Positions 28,076 to 36,920 of a DNA stretch of 64,000 bases are shown one piece after another. Where the stretch lies: contig SHUD01000003.1 in assembly GCA_009697505.1 (NCBI GenBank), positions 21,919-85,918 on the forward strand, read 5' to 3'. Numbering within the stretch: the first letter of the stretch is position 1; each line of letters opens with the position of its first letter. A program made the translations under genes and the position numbers. The notes beneath the pieces were generated by a model. That model saw nothing but the letters and a program-made list of their open reading frames with translations. It did no database searches and was not told the origin of the DNA. This DNA is from Bryobacterales bacterium (lineage in GTDB: Bacteria > Acidobacteriota > Terriglobia > Bryobacterales > Bryobacteraceae).

Positions 28076-28639
28076 ATGTGGAATCGCCGCAAAGAAGAAG
28101 AACCAACTCCTACACCCGCATCCACGCCGCCCGCCTTATCGCAAATGGCCAATGAAGGAATCCCCATGTCTACGTTACCCAGCCGCCCCACTGATCCGCG
28201 CACGGACGCCCCCCGGAGCGGCGCCGCCGTTTTGGGCAAATCCGTAATTGTCAAAGGCCAGATCTACGGCCGCGAGGACCTGACCATTGACGGCGAAGTG
28301 GAAGGAACGGTCGAGTTGCAGGAAAACCGCCTCACCATCGGTCCCAGCGGGAAAGTCGTCGCGACGATCAAGGCACGCGAAGTGGTGGTGCTGGGCACCG
28401 TCCACGGCGACATCGAAACGCGCGAGAAGACCGAAATCCGCAAGGAAGCCAAGATGGTCGGCGACATACGGACCGCGCGCGTGGTGATCGAAGACGGAGC
28501 CTACTTTAAGGGCGCGATCGACATCTTGCGCGCCGAGGCGCCCAAGGCGGCCCCGGCACCCAAGCCGCAACCCGTGGCCTCCGCCACTACTCTCAGTTCT
28601 CCCGCGATTGCCGCCAGCGCCGGTGAAGCCAAGCGGTAG
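28076..28639 (+). CDS. Bactofilin-family cytoskeletal protein
   Basis: GGAGG lies about 9 nt upstream of the ATG. The beta-helical core SVIVKGQIYGREDLTIDGEVEGTVEL...VVVLGTVHGDIETREKTEIRKEAKMVGDIRTARVVIEDGAYFKG is flanked by Pro/Ala-rich tails. Confidence 0.85.
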   Translation: MWNRRKEEEPTPTPASTPPALSQMANEGIPMSTLPSRPTDPRTDAPRSGAAVLGKSVIVKGQIYGREDLTIDGEVEGTVELQENRLTIGPSGKVVATIKAREVVVLGTVHGDIETREKTEIRKEAKMVGDIRTARVVIEDGAYFKGAIDILRAEAPKAAPAPKPQPVASATTLSSPAIAASAGEAKR

Positions 28640-29265
28640 TGGCGCAGGCACCGTTGGCCGGGCCTGAGACGCGGCAAAGCCACGGCCTGGATCAGTTCTG
28701 CGGATCGCTCGAGGAGCGGCCGGGCATGTCCATTCTGGACTTCTCCGGCGCGAGCCAGGCGACCGTCAGTTTTGTCACCGGCTACGGGCATCGTCTCTAT
28801 TCCGACGACTTCGTGCACGAGTTGGACCGCGTATTCGCACCTTCGCACACGGACCCGGCGCGGGGAGATTTTTTCGAGAACCAGTCCAACCCGCTGCTGA
28901 TTTCCGAATTTTTCGCGAGCGCGCTGCCTTTCGAAGACGAGATCTTTGACGGAGCGCTGGTGTGGGATTCGCTGCAGTTTCTGGCGTCGCCGCTGCTGCA
29001 GCAGGTGGTCGCGAAATTGCACCGCTCGCTGCGGCCGGGAGCCAACTTGCTGGCCCTGTTTCATACCGAGGAACGCATCGAGACGATTCCGACTTTCGCG
29101 TATCGCATTCAGGACCACCGCACCATCCAGATGTATTCGCGCTCCCTGCGCAAGCCCGCGCAGGTTTTCAATAACCGGAGCCTGGAGAAGCTGTTCCAGG
29201 ACTTCCGCTCCGTGAAGTTCTTCCTGACGCGGGACCGATTGAGAGAAGTGATCGTGAAACGGTAA
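28639..29265 (+). CDS. Class I SAM-methyltransferase-like protein (weak)
   Basis: SILDFSGA (motif I-like), FDGALVWDSLQFL and LHRSLRPGANLLALF. The GTG start overlaps the bactofilin stop by 1 nt. Confidence 0.5.
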   Translation: MAQAPLAGPETRQSHGLDQFCGSLEERPGMSILDFSGASQATVSFVTGYGHRLYSDDFVHELDRVFAPSHTDPARGDFFENQSNPLLISEFFASALPFEDEIFDGALVWDSLQFLASPLLQQVVAKLHRSLRPGANLLALFHTEERIETIPTFAYRIQDHRTIQMYSRSLRKPAQVFNNRSLEKLFQDFRSVKFFLTRDRLREVIVKR

Positions 29266-29282
29266 GATGGAGCAGGCTTCTC

Positions 29283-29486
29283 ATGGATCCGCAGAAGATG
29301 GCAACGGCAAAAGAAGAGTTCCGGCGGCTCATCGATACACTTCCTGACGATGCTACCTGGGAAGACGTCCAATACTCCATCTACGTCCGCGAGCGCATCG
29401 AACGCGGCCGGCGCGAGGCCAGCGAGGGCAAGACCGTCGATCAAGGCGAGATCGAGCAGCGGATGCAACATTGGCTTACCGAATAG
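29283..29486 (+). CDS. Small putative antitoxin (67 aa)
   Basis: LIDTLPDDATWEDVQYSIYVRERIERGRREASEGKTVDQGEIEQRM resembles partners of RelE/ParE toxins. It overlaps the following toxin-like ORF by 16 nt. Confidence 0.5.
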   Translation: MDPQKMATAKEEFRRLIDTLPDDATWEDVQYSIYVRERIERGRREASEGKTVDQGEIEQRMQHWLTE

Positions 29487-29585
29487 GCTGGACGGAATCG
29501 GCCTGGCAAGAGCTGGAATCCGCGGCGGAATATATCGCACGCGACTCGCCGCGATACGCTTCGGCATTGCTCGACGAGGCAAGAT
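29471..29585 (+). pseudogene. N-terminal fragment (about 37 aa) of a RelE/ParE-family toxin
   Basis: YRIGWTESAWQELESAAEYIARDSPRYASALLDEA is a typical ParE N-terminus. The remainder of ORF 29471..29731 lacks the C-terminal toxin motifs. Confidence 0.45.
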
Positions 29586-29681
29586 TCGCCGCGCGCTGCC
29601 CGGTGTACACGACAAGGCCGGGAACGTTATTTTGCCGATTACATCCGAACAGCAGAATTGCGAGAGCTAGCCATGCAGCCT

Positions 29682-29985
29682 TCATATGCGCTCCGGAAAT
29701 AGCCTGGCTCCGTGAAGGAACGCCAGAATGACGACCTGATCGGCTCGGATTTCGTATATCAACCGGTACTGCTTTACGAAGATCTCGCGGATCACGGACT
29801 CATTCAGCTCCGGAACAACGCGGCCTCGCGCGGAGAAACGTTGCAAAAGGATTCCAACTACTGAACGTCGAAGCGAAGGCCACTCGAAGTGTTCCTTGCT
29901 CCATTCCAGTGGCTGATCTATATCGGCGCACTGGCGAGATAGTCCAAAGTTTGCCAGGATACGGCGTGAGGCTACGCCTTTTCAA
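29682..29985 (-). pseudogene. RelE/ParE-family toxin lacking an in-frame start (probable frameshift near codon 8) and lacking an antitoxin
   Basis: The open frame 29682-29981 ends ...LQRFSARGRVVPELNESVIREIFVKQYRLIYEIRADQVVILAFLHGARLF. The only start is TTG 29985 in another frame (MKRRSLTP). The span of 304 nt is not a multiple of 3. Confidence 0.5.
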
Positions 29986-30050
29986 CTGAATTCACGGAAC
30001 GCTTTGTGGATCGCGCCTAGCGCCCCTTATACTGCCTAGAAGGAGTCATT

Positions 30051-31487
30051 TTGTCCCTCGAAGACAATCTGTTAGAGCAGCGCGTGAAGCGCACGCACGA
30101 AATTGAGGCGCTGGGGTTCCGCGCTTACGGACAGCGGTTTGATTTCACGCACACGGTGCCACAAATCATCGAGACCGAAAGCGCCAGGACCGCCGAGGAG
30201 TTGGAGGCCGCCAAGCCCAGAGTGCGCGTCGCCGGGCGCATCCGCACCATGCGCGGCAAAGGCAAGGCCGGGTTCCTGGACCTGATCCAATTGGGCCAGC
30301 GCCTGCAGGTCTATGTGCGCCAGGACGCGGTCAGTGAACGCGACTTCTCGCTGTACCAGTTGCTGGATTTGGGCGACATCATCGGCGTAGAAGGGTATCT
30401 GTTCCGCACGCGCACGGGCGAGTTGAGCGTGCACGCGGAAAAGCTGACGTTCCTTTCCAAGATCCTGCTCACCATGCCGGAAAAGTTCCACGGCCTGGAA
30501 GACGTCGAGATCCGCTACCGGCAGCGCTATTTGGATCTGATCGCGAATCCGGAATCGCAAAAAGTATTCGTGGCGCGCGCCAAGATGATTGCGTCCATGC
30601 GGCGGCAGCTCGACGAGCGCGGGTTTATCGAAGTGGAGACGCCGATGATGCAGCCGCTTTACGGTGGCGCCACCGCGCGCCCGTTCGTCACGCATCACAA
30701 CACGCTGGACATGGACCTGTACCTGCGCATCGCGCCGGAGCTGTATCTGAAGCGCCTGATCGTGGGCGGGCTGGAGCGGGTTTACGAGATCAATCGCAAC
30801 TTCCGTAATGAGGGCGTTTCCACGCGCCATAATCCGGAGTTCACCATGCTCGAGTTCTATCAGGCCTACACCGACTATCAGGGCCTGATGGATTTCACGG
30901 CGGAGCTACTGAAGCAGACGGTAACCGACGTCACCGGCTCACCCGTGGTGGAGTGGCAGGGGCACACGCTGGATTTCGGCAATATCCGGCGTGTATCGAT
31001 GCTGGAAGCGGTGGGCGCGGATACGCCCTTGCGCGGGCACGCGCTGGTGGAGGCGTTCGAGAGAAACGTGGAGCCGACGCTCATCGAGCCCACCATCATC
31101 TACGACTATCCGGTGGAAGTTTCGCCGCTCTCCAAGCTCAAGGCCAGCGACCCGGCGTTCGTCGAGCGCTTCGAAATCTACGCGGCGGGCATGGAGATTG
31201 GCAACGCCTACACTGAGTTGAACGACCCGCAGGAACAGCGGAAGCGCTTCGAAATGCAGTTGGAGCTGAAAGCCGCCGGCGACGAAGAGGCGCATCAGAT
31301 GGACGAAGATTACGTCCGCGCGCTGTCCTATGGGATGCCGCCGACGGGCGGCGAAGGCATCGGGATCGACCGCCTGGCGATGCTGCTGACGAACTCGGCC
31401 TCCATCCGCGACGTGATTTTATTTCCGTTGCTGCGCCCGGAAGGCGAGATCGGCCTGGCGGAAAAGCTGAAGAAATTGGACAGGTAA
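30051..31487 (+). CDS. lysS: Lysine--tRNA ligase, class II
   Basis: 478 aa with motif 2 [20 protein letters not shown] and motif 3 [13 protein letters not shown] start. Confidence 0.92.
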   Translation: MSLEDNLLEQRVKRTHEIEALGFRAYGQRFDFTHTVPQIIETESARTAEELEAAKPRVRVAGRIRTMRGKGKAGFLDLIQLGQRLQVYVRQDAVSERDFSLYQLLDLGDIIGVEGYLFRTRTGELSVHAEKLTFLSKILLTMPEKFHGLEDVEIRYRQRYLDLIANPESQKVFVARAKMIASMRRQLDERGFIEVETPMMQPLYGGATARPFVTHHNTLDMDLYLRIAPELYLKRLIVGGLERVYEINRNFRNEGVSTRHNPEFTMLEFYQAYTDYQGLMDFTAELLKQTVTDVTGSPVVEWQGHTLDFGNIRRVSMLEAVGADTPLRGHALVEAFERNVEPTLIEPTIIYDYPVEVSPLSKLKASDPAFVERFEIYAAGMEIGNAYTELNDPQEQRKRFEMQLELKAAGDEEAHQMDEDYVRALSYGMPPTGGEGIGIDRLAMLLTNSASIRDVILFPLLRPEGEIGLAEKLKKLDR

Positions 31488-31495
31488 GAGAATTC

Positions 31496-31517
31496 AGGAG
31501 TCAGGAGTCAGGAGTCA
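31496..31517. repeat. (AGGAGTC)x3 heptamer array, left arm of an inverted repeat
   Basis: AGGAGTCAGGAGTCAGGAGTCA starts 9 nt after the lysS stop. Its reverse complement occurs at 31739-31757. Confidence 0.8.
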
Positions 31518-31533
31518 AAATGGGTGCGGTGCG

Positions 31534-31755
31534 GGCGCCAGCCAGGACTTCGCGGAGGGATTCAAGCGTGCCGGACGCGCTGATAAAGTCCGTATGCTGA
31601 ATATCGCTCAAGGGCCGCTCGAAGAATGCCGGTATGATCTAATTCTGGCGGCTGATCTGAAATGTGGTTCCAACACAACCCTGGTTCCGCAAGCGGAAGA
31701 AGTGAGTAAAATCCTGGACGCCTACTCCAAAGCAATTCTGACTCCTGACTCCTGA
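31534..31755 (+). pseudogene. C-terminal ~70 codons of a four-helix-bundle (23S rRNA IVS-type, TIGR02436-like) protein gene with no start
   Basis: The frame reads DFAEGFKRAGRADKVRMLNIAQGPLEECRYDLILAADLKCG...EEVSKILDAYSKAILTPDS. About 50 N-terminal residues of the family are absent. Confidence 0.6.
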
Positions 31756-31757
31756 CT
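31739..31757. repeat. Right arm TGACTCCTGACTCCTGACT of the heptamer inverted repeat
   Basis: Perfect 19 nt complement of 31499-31517. It ends 9 nt before the next gene start (31766). Confidence 0.8.
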
Positions 31758-31765
31758 TCTTTCTC

Positions 31766-32995
31766 ATGTTCGAACTCTTCATCGCCCGCCGCTATCTACG
31801 CGCCAAGCGCAAGCAGGTGGTGATCTCCGTCATCACGGCGATTTCCGTGATCGGCGTGGCGGCGGGGGTCATGGCGTTGGTGGTGGCGATGGCGATCACC
31901 AATGGGTTCCGTGACACGCTGCAACGGAACTTACTTGGTGCCACGGCGCACGTTTCCGTTCTGGAGAAGGAACCGGGCGGCGGAATCGAACATTGGGAGC
32001 AACTGGCTCCGCAATTGGCCAAGATTCCTCACGTGAAGTCGGCCGCGCCGGCACTTTACGAAGACGGATACCTCAATGGCCCTGTGCAGGGTTCAGGCGT
32101 GGTGATTAAGGGAATCGACGCACGGCCCAACGCTGCGGTGCCGGATTCTCTGCGCAACTTGAAGTCCGGCTCGCTGGAGGGTTTGCGCACCGGTGGCGAC
32201 GATCTGCCGGGCATCGTTCTGGGAAGGCGGCTGGCCGATAGCGTCGGAGCGGTCACCGGTAAGCAGGTTACACTACTGATCCCCAACGGGCAGCTCACGC
32301 CGTTCGGTCCGCGGCCCAGTTATGTGCGGCTGCGCGTGGCCGGCATTTTCGAGACCGGCTTCTATGATGTGGATATGACCCGGGCTTACATGGCTCTGCC
32401 GCGGGCGCAGAAAATCTACGAAGTGCCCGGCGCCGTCAACAGCATTGAGTTGCTGCTGGATGATATCTACGCAGCTCCACAGGCCGCCGCCGCGGCGGAA
32501 AAGATCATCGGACCGAAGCTGGCCGCGACCACCTGGGGCGAGCAGAACCGGCAACTGCTGAGCGCTTTGACCAGCGAGCGCACGGTCACCATCATCACCA
32601 TCGGCCTGATTCAACTGGTGGCCGCGCTCAATATTCTGATCACGCTGGTGATGATGGTCATGGAAAAGCATCGCGACATCGGGATTCTGATGTCCCTGGG
32701 CGCGAAAACCAAGCAGATCCGCAACGTGTTTGTGTTCGAAGGGGCGCTGATCGGCGCGTTGGGCACGGCGCTGGGTCTGATCGCCGGCCACGTCATCTGT
32801 TATTTCGCGGAGCGCTATCAATGGGTCCGTTTGGACGCGCAGGTGTACTCCATCCCGTATGTTCCATTTGAGCCGCGCTTGTTCGACGCAGTTTGGATCG
32901 CGGCGGCGGCAATCGCGGTCAGCCTGATCGCGACACTGTATCCGGCGCGCAGCGCCACGCGCATCACTCCAGTGGAGTCGTTACGATATGAGTAA
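31766..32995 (+). CDS. LolC/LolE-family (FtsX/MacB-type) ABC transporter permease
   Basis: MFELFIARRYLRAKRKQ N-terminus, a periplasmic domain and a C-terminal FtsX 3-TM bundle. 409 aa. Confidence 0.85.
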   Translation: MFELFIARRYLRAKRKQVVISVITAISVIGVAAGVMALVVAMAITNGFRDTLQRNLLGATAHVSVLEKEPGGGIEHWEQLAPQLAKIPHVKSAAPALYEDGYLNGPVQGSGVVIKGIDARPNAAVPDSLRNLKSGSLEGLRTGGDDLPGIVLGRRLADSVGAVTGKQVTLLIPNGQLTPFGPRPSYVRLRVAGIFETGFYDVDMTRAYMALPRAQKIYEVPGAVNSIELLLDDIYAAPQAAAAAEKIIGPKLAATTWGEQNRQLLSALTSERTVTIITIGLIQLVAALNILITLVMMVMEKHRDIGILMSLGAKTKQIRNVFVFEGALIGALGTALGLIAGHVICYFAERYQWVRLDAQVYSIPYVPFEPRLFDAVWIAAAAIAVSLIATLYPARSATRITPVESLRYE

Positions 32996-33349
32996 ATGCC
33001 ACAGCTCATATCGGCTCCTACTCTGATCCCCGTTCCCGGCAACAAGATCATCGAAGAATTCATCGGCCACGTCAATTCCGGCGATGCGCGGGTCAGCATT
33101 GCCCGCATGAATAGCCCAGCCGGTTGGTCCGAACCCGGGCAGCGGCCGGATTTCGATGAATTCAGTGTAATACTGAAGGGCACGCTGCGCGTCGAGCATG
33201 AGGCCGGTTTACTGGACGTCAAAGCCGGTCAGGCGATCATCGCGCGGAAAGGCGAATGGGTCCGCTACAGCACGCCCGAGGGCGCCGAGTACGTGGCCAT
33301 CTGCGTGCCCGCATTTACGGTTGATACCGTACACCGGGACGTACCATAG
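32996..33349 (+). CDS. Cupin-domain protein
   Basis: 117 aa. DEFSVILKGTLRVEHEAGLLDVKAGQAIIARKGEWVRYSTPEGAEYVAICVPAF. The ATG directly abuts the upstream stop. Confidence 0.7.
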   Translation: MPQLISAPTLIPVPGNKIIEEFIGHVNSGDARVSIARMNSPAGWSEPGQRPDFDEFSVILKGTLRVEHEAGLLDVKAGQAIIARKGEWVRYSTPEGAEYVAICVPAFTVDTVHRDVP

Positions 33350-33365
33350 CCAGTTCCCTTGACCA

Positions 33366-33692
33366 TCACGATTTACTTTGGGCAAGAACGGCTTCGATTT
33401 GCTCCAGGTTGAACGCGTTCAATCCGACGACTTTGGCTTGCGCGCGGAACAGCGGCGGGACCACCAACCGGGCTTCCTCTTTGTTGGCCGCCTCTACCAC
33501 AAGCCAGGCGCTATGCACGCCGTCCATGCAACCCCAGTGCGCATGGGTCAGGAAATGGGATCCCGATGTGAGAAACACCTCCACGATCCGGGCGCAGGAC
33601 AAGGTTTCTTCGGGATGTGGTACTTCGATGAGAAATTGGGGCACTACGTAAACCCTCTCTATGGTTCGCGCCGGGCTCGCCAAGTCTCCCAA
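33366..33692 (-). CDS. Small conserved-looking hypothetical protein (92-108 aa)
   Basis: PQFLIEVPHPEETLSCARIVEVFLTSGSHFLTHAHWGCMDGVHSAWLVVEAANKEEAR. An alternative GTG start is preceded by GAGAGGG. No family name recalled. Confidence 0.5.
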   Translation of the reverse strand: MGDLASPARTIERVYVVPQFLIEVPHPEETLSCARIVEVFLTSGSHFLTHAHWGCMDGVHSAWLVVEAANKEEARLVVPPLFRAQAKVVGLNAFNLEQIEAVLAQSKS

Positions 33693-33726
33693 TTATATCC
33701 GTAGAATTTCCAGGGGAGCAAACTGA

Positions 33727-33864
33727 CTGCGCCGGCCGAATCTGCTACTGCAGTTTGCCGAAGTCACCGTCATGCCGGCCACCATCTGGCGGTCGGAGGG
33801 CGCCGAGTACGTGGCGCTCCGCGTGCCGGCATTTTCGGTGGATACGGTACATCGGGATGCGTGA
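33727..33864 (+). pseudogene. Orphan C-terminal fragment of a paralogous cupin
   Basis: The frame ...VTVMPATIWRSEGAEYVALRVPAFSVDTVHRDA parallels the end of 32996..33349 (EGAEYVAICVPAFTVDTVHRDVP). The DNA is about 80% identical over about 70 nt and there is no start codon context. Confidence 0.6.
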
Positions 33865-33964
33865 GTTCCTGGAAGGCGGTCTAGCCGCCTGTCCTTGAGA
33901 TTCCGCTCGCGTTGAATCCCGCGGCGGCGGCGGCGAACGAGCCCGGCCCGCGAGAGCCTAGACC

Positions 33965-34993
33965 TCACTGGCCGGCGCGGAAAAGCTGAATGACTTCCAT
34001 GGTCAGCCAGCCGACCAGCGCGGAAGCAGGGATGGTCAGCACCCAAGCCCAAACAATGTTGGTTGCCAAGCCCCAGCGGACCGCCTTCACGCGCTGGATG
34101 GTGCCGACGCCGGCAATGGATCCCGCCACGACGTGAGTCGTGGAAATCGGCAAGCTCAAGTGGGTCGCAAACAGGATCGAGAGCGCGGCGGCGGTCTCCG
34201 CGCATACGCCGCTGCGGGGCCGGAGACGCGTCAGTCGCGATCCCATGGTCTGCACGATGCGCCATCCGCCGCTCAGCGTTCCCAGTGCGATCGCGCCATA
34301 GGCCGCGAAGATCACCCAGGTGGGTACGGCGAATTTAGTTATCATACCGGAGGTCAGCAGTACGCCCGTGATGATACCGGCGGTTTTTTGCGCGTCATTG
34401 GCCCCATGGGAAAAGCTCAACAGCGCGGAAGACACCAATTGAAGTCTGCGGAAATAGGGATCCACCCTGGCGGGATGTGCATTACGAAAGCCCCAAAACA
34501 TCGCGATCATGAGCCCGTAAGCCAGCGCCATCCCGATCAACGGCGCGATCACGATAAAAATCAGGGTCTTGATCCAAGCGCCCGCAATCAACACCTCCAA
34601 GCTGCGATCCAGCCCGCGCAGGCGCGCTGCGTTGGCCATGGCAGCTCCCGCATAGCCGCCTATGAGGGCGTGGGATGAGCTACTGGGCAATCCGAACCAC
34701 CAAGTAATGAGATCCCAAGTAATGGCTCCCACCAATCCGGCCAAAATTACGAGCGGAGTCACGAACTTCAGGTCGATCATCCCCGAACCCACCGTGCTGG
34801 CCACGCCCGTGCCCACGCTAAACACAGCGATGAAGTTGAAAACCGCGGCCCACAGCACCGCCAGCTTCGGGGATAGCACGCGGGTGGCGACGACGGTCGC
34901 GATCGAATTGGCGGCATCGTGAAATCCGTTCACGAAATCGAAAGCGAGCGCAACCAGAATAATGACGGAGACCAGAAGCAGCGTGAAATCCAT
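33965..34993 (-). CDS. PiT-family inorganic phosphate transporter
   Basis: Signature GFHDAANSIATVV and second-half SHGANDAQKT. ATG 34993 (MDFTLLL) is preferred and lies 8 nt after the upstream stop. Confidence 0.9.
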   Translation of the reverse strand: MDFTLLLVSVIILVALAFDFVNGFHDAANSIATVVATRVLSPKLAVLWAAVFNFIAVFSVGTGVASTVGSGMIDLKFVTPLVILAGLVGAITWDLITWWFGLPSSSSHALIGGYAGAAMANAARLRGLDRSLEVLIAGAWIKTLIFIVIAPLIGMALAYGLMIAMFWGFRNAHPARVDPYFRRLQLVSSALLSFSHGANDAQKTAGIITGVLLTSGMITKFAVPTWVIFAAYGAIALGTLSGGWRIVQTMGSRLTRLRPRSGVCAETAAALSILFATHLSLPISTTHVVAGSIAGVGTIQRVKAVRWGLATNIVWAWVLTIPASALVGWLTMEVIQLFRAGQ

Positions 34994-35000
34994 GTGCGGC

Positions 35001-35615
35001 TTAGCTATTCTTGACTTTGACGTTCTGCAGCGCATCGACGACATCTTCGCAATAGTCGGTGGTTTGCTCCAGAAACTCATAGATCTCTTTGAGCTTCATG
35101 ATTCGAATCGGGTCTTTCTCGTGCTCGAAGAGATCCGCCACGGCACTGCGGCCAAGCAGGTCAGCGGCTTCCTCCAGCCGGTTCACCTCTATGCAGTGGT
35201 TCATGAGCGGCTTACCCTTGGCCAGGGCTTCGAAGGCTAACTGAATTGCGGTGCCGCAGCCCTGCACGAGCCGGCACAGTTCCACAACCGTATTGGGGAT
35301 GGGCTCAATCTTGTAGGCCAGCATGCGGTGGACAGAATCTTCAATGCCGTCGATCACGTCATCCAGGTGTGAGGACAAGGAGTGGATGTCTTCGGGATCG
35401 AGCGGCGTGATGAAGGTCGAGTTCAGATGCGAGTAAATCTCGTGAATCACCGTATCGGCCTGCTCTTCAATGGCACGGATCTGATGTGCCGCGCTGGCAA
35501 GGTGGGCATCACCCGCGGCAGCACCCTCCACAAGAAGAACGGAGGCTTGGCAGATGAAGTTGGCCTGCTGCAGGAAGTACTCGAAAAATTTGTCTTCGCG
35601 CGGAAGGAATTTCAT
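35001..35615 (-). CDS. DUF47 / PhoU-like phosphate transport regulator (PiT partner)
   Basis: MKFLPREDKFFEYF...HEIYSHLNSTFITPLDPEDI is typical of the TIGR00153/DUF47 family. It is adjacent to the PiT gene. Confidence 0.85.
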   Translation of the reverse strand: MKFLPREDKFFEYFLQQANFICQASVLLVEGAAAGDAHLASAAHQIRAIEEQADTVIHEIYSHLNSTFITPLDPEDIHSLSSHLDDVIDGIEDSVHRMLAYKIEPIPNTVVELCRLVQGCGTAIQLAFEALAKGKPLMNHCIEVNRLEEAADLLGRSAVADLFEHEKDPIRIMKLKEIYEFLEQTTDYCEDVVDALQNVKVKNS

Positions 35616-35797
35616 GAGATAATTAACTATCTTCCCACGCCGCGGCAGCAAGCGGGAACAGCGGCGCCGGAATCAAACAAAGTAACCGGGGAATTCACAG
35701 CCAGACGGACAGGCGCGGCGGCTCCCATGGGCGTTAGCGACGCCACAATACAGGCCCAGCCAATCCTCGAGAGCCACATTGGTAAGCCGTTCCGCAA

Positions 35798-35827
35798 TTG
35801 ACACCCTCTTGCCGGCGACACTATCAT
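35798..35827 (+). promoter_or_regulatory. Sigma70-like promoter candidate TTGACA-N18-TATCAT upstream of the ABC operon
   Basis: TTGACA lies at 35798-35803 and TATCAT at 35822-35827, about 75 nt upstream of ATG 35903. Confidence 0.3.
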
Positions 35828-35902
35828 GATTATCGGCGGTGGTCGCATGACTGCCGCTAACCAAAGTAGGTTCTGGCTCGTCCTGAGTAGAGTTACGTAA
35901 CT

Positions 35903-36892
35903 ATGATCAAAGTCGAAGGCTTGACCAAGCGGTATGCCCGGCATGTCGCTGTGGATAACATCTCATTTGAGGTAGGGAGAGGCCAGATCGTCGGCTTCCT
36001 GGGGCCCAATGGAGCCGGGAAAACCACGACGATGCGCGTGCTGACCTGTTTTCTGCCTCCCAGTTCCGGCACGGCGCGCGTCGGGGATTTCGATGTCCTC
36101 GAGCAGCCCATGGAAGTGAAGAAGCGCATCGGGTATCTGCCGGAAACCCCGCCGCTGTACCCGGAAATGGAAGTCCGCGAATATCTGGACTTCGTCGGCC
36201 GGTTGAAGGGGCTACGCGGCGAACAACTGGCGAAACGCGTGGATGAGGTGGCGGAGCGGTGTTCGGTGGCCGACGTGAAGTCCAAGCTCATCGGTAAGCT
36301 CTCCAAAGGCTACCGGCAGCGCGTGGGGCTGGCGCAGGCCATCATCCACAACCCGGACGTGCTGATTTTAGACGAGCCCACTTCGGGTCTGGATCCGCAG
36401 CAGATCATCGAAACGCGCGATCTGATCAAGGGACTGGCCGGCAGCCACACCATCATCCTTTCCACGCACATTCTGCCCGAAGTGGAGCAGATCTGCGAAC
36501 GCGTCATCATCATCGCCAAAGGCAAGCTGGTGGCGACCGATACCGTGGCGAATCTGACCAGCCGCCTGCGCGGCGCCGAGACTGTCTCGCTGGAAGTGAC
36601 GGCGCGCAACGGGGCGGATCTGAGTTCCAGCGAAGTGCAGGAAAAGCTGGAGCGGGTTTCCGGCGTGAGCCGCGTGTCTTCGAAATCGGCGCGCGATGGC
36701 GCTCTGGCGTTCATGATCGAGAGCCAGCAGGGGCAGCACGTGCGGCCGGAACTGGCGCGCGCGGTGATCGAAGCCGGATGGAACTTAAATGAATTGCATG
36801 CGGTGGGCTTGAGCCTGGAAGAAATCTTCCTGGAACTCACCGGGGCGCCGAACCGGGACGTGACGGCTCCGCACGCGACCACTGTGAGTTAG
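35903..36892 (+). CDS. ABC transporter ATP-binding protein (ABC-2/GldA-like)
   Basis: Walker A GPNGAGKTT, signature LSKGYRQR and Walker B VLILDEPTSGLD. Confidence 0.9.
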   Translation: MIKVEGLTKRYARHVAVDNISFEVGRGQIVGFLGPNGAGKTTTMRVLTCFLPPSSGTARVGDFDVLEQPMEVKKRIGYLPETPPLYPEMEVREYLDFVGRLKGLRGEQLAKRVDEVAERCSVADVKSKLIGKLSKGYRQRVGLAQAIIHNPDVLILDEPTSGLDPQQIIETRDLIKGLAGSHTIILSTHILPEVEQICERVIIIAKGKLVATDTVANLTSRLRGAETVSLEVTARNGADLSSSEVQEKLERVSGVSRVSSKSARDGALAFMIESQQGQHVRPELARAVIEAGWNLNELHAVGLSLEEIFLELTGAPNRDVTAPHATTVS

Positions 36893-36920
36893 AGACCGTC
36901 GCTTAAATGAGAGGCCAAGC

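Noticed and set aside
29476-29685. 69 aa ORF with lipoprotein-like N-terminus MKAAWLALAILLFGC
   Set aside because: I did not call it a gene because after about 30 residues it runs antisense through the ParE N-terminal fragment. It is kept as part of the junction finding only.
29471-29731. Full 86 aa plus-strand ORF as an intact ParE toxin
   Set aside because: Only the first ~37 residues look like ParE. The rest lacks the conserved C-terminal half and overlaps minus-strand features.
31496-31757. Heptamer repeats considered as a CRISPR or microsatellite array
   Set aside because: There are only 3 and 2.7 copies of a 7 nt unit, arranged as an inverted pair. There is no spacer-repeat periodicity and no cas genes.
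33693-34265. 190 aa minus-strand ORF overlapping the PiT 3' end and the cupin fragment
   Set aside because: It is out of frame with the PiT gene, Arg-rich, and covers an intergenic hairpin. It is not coding.
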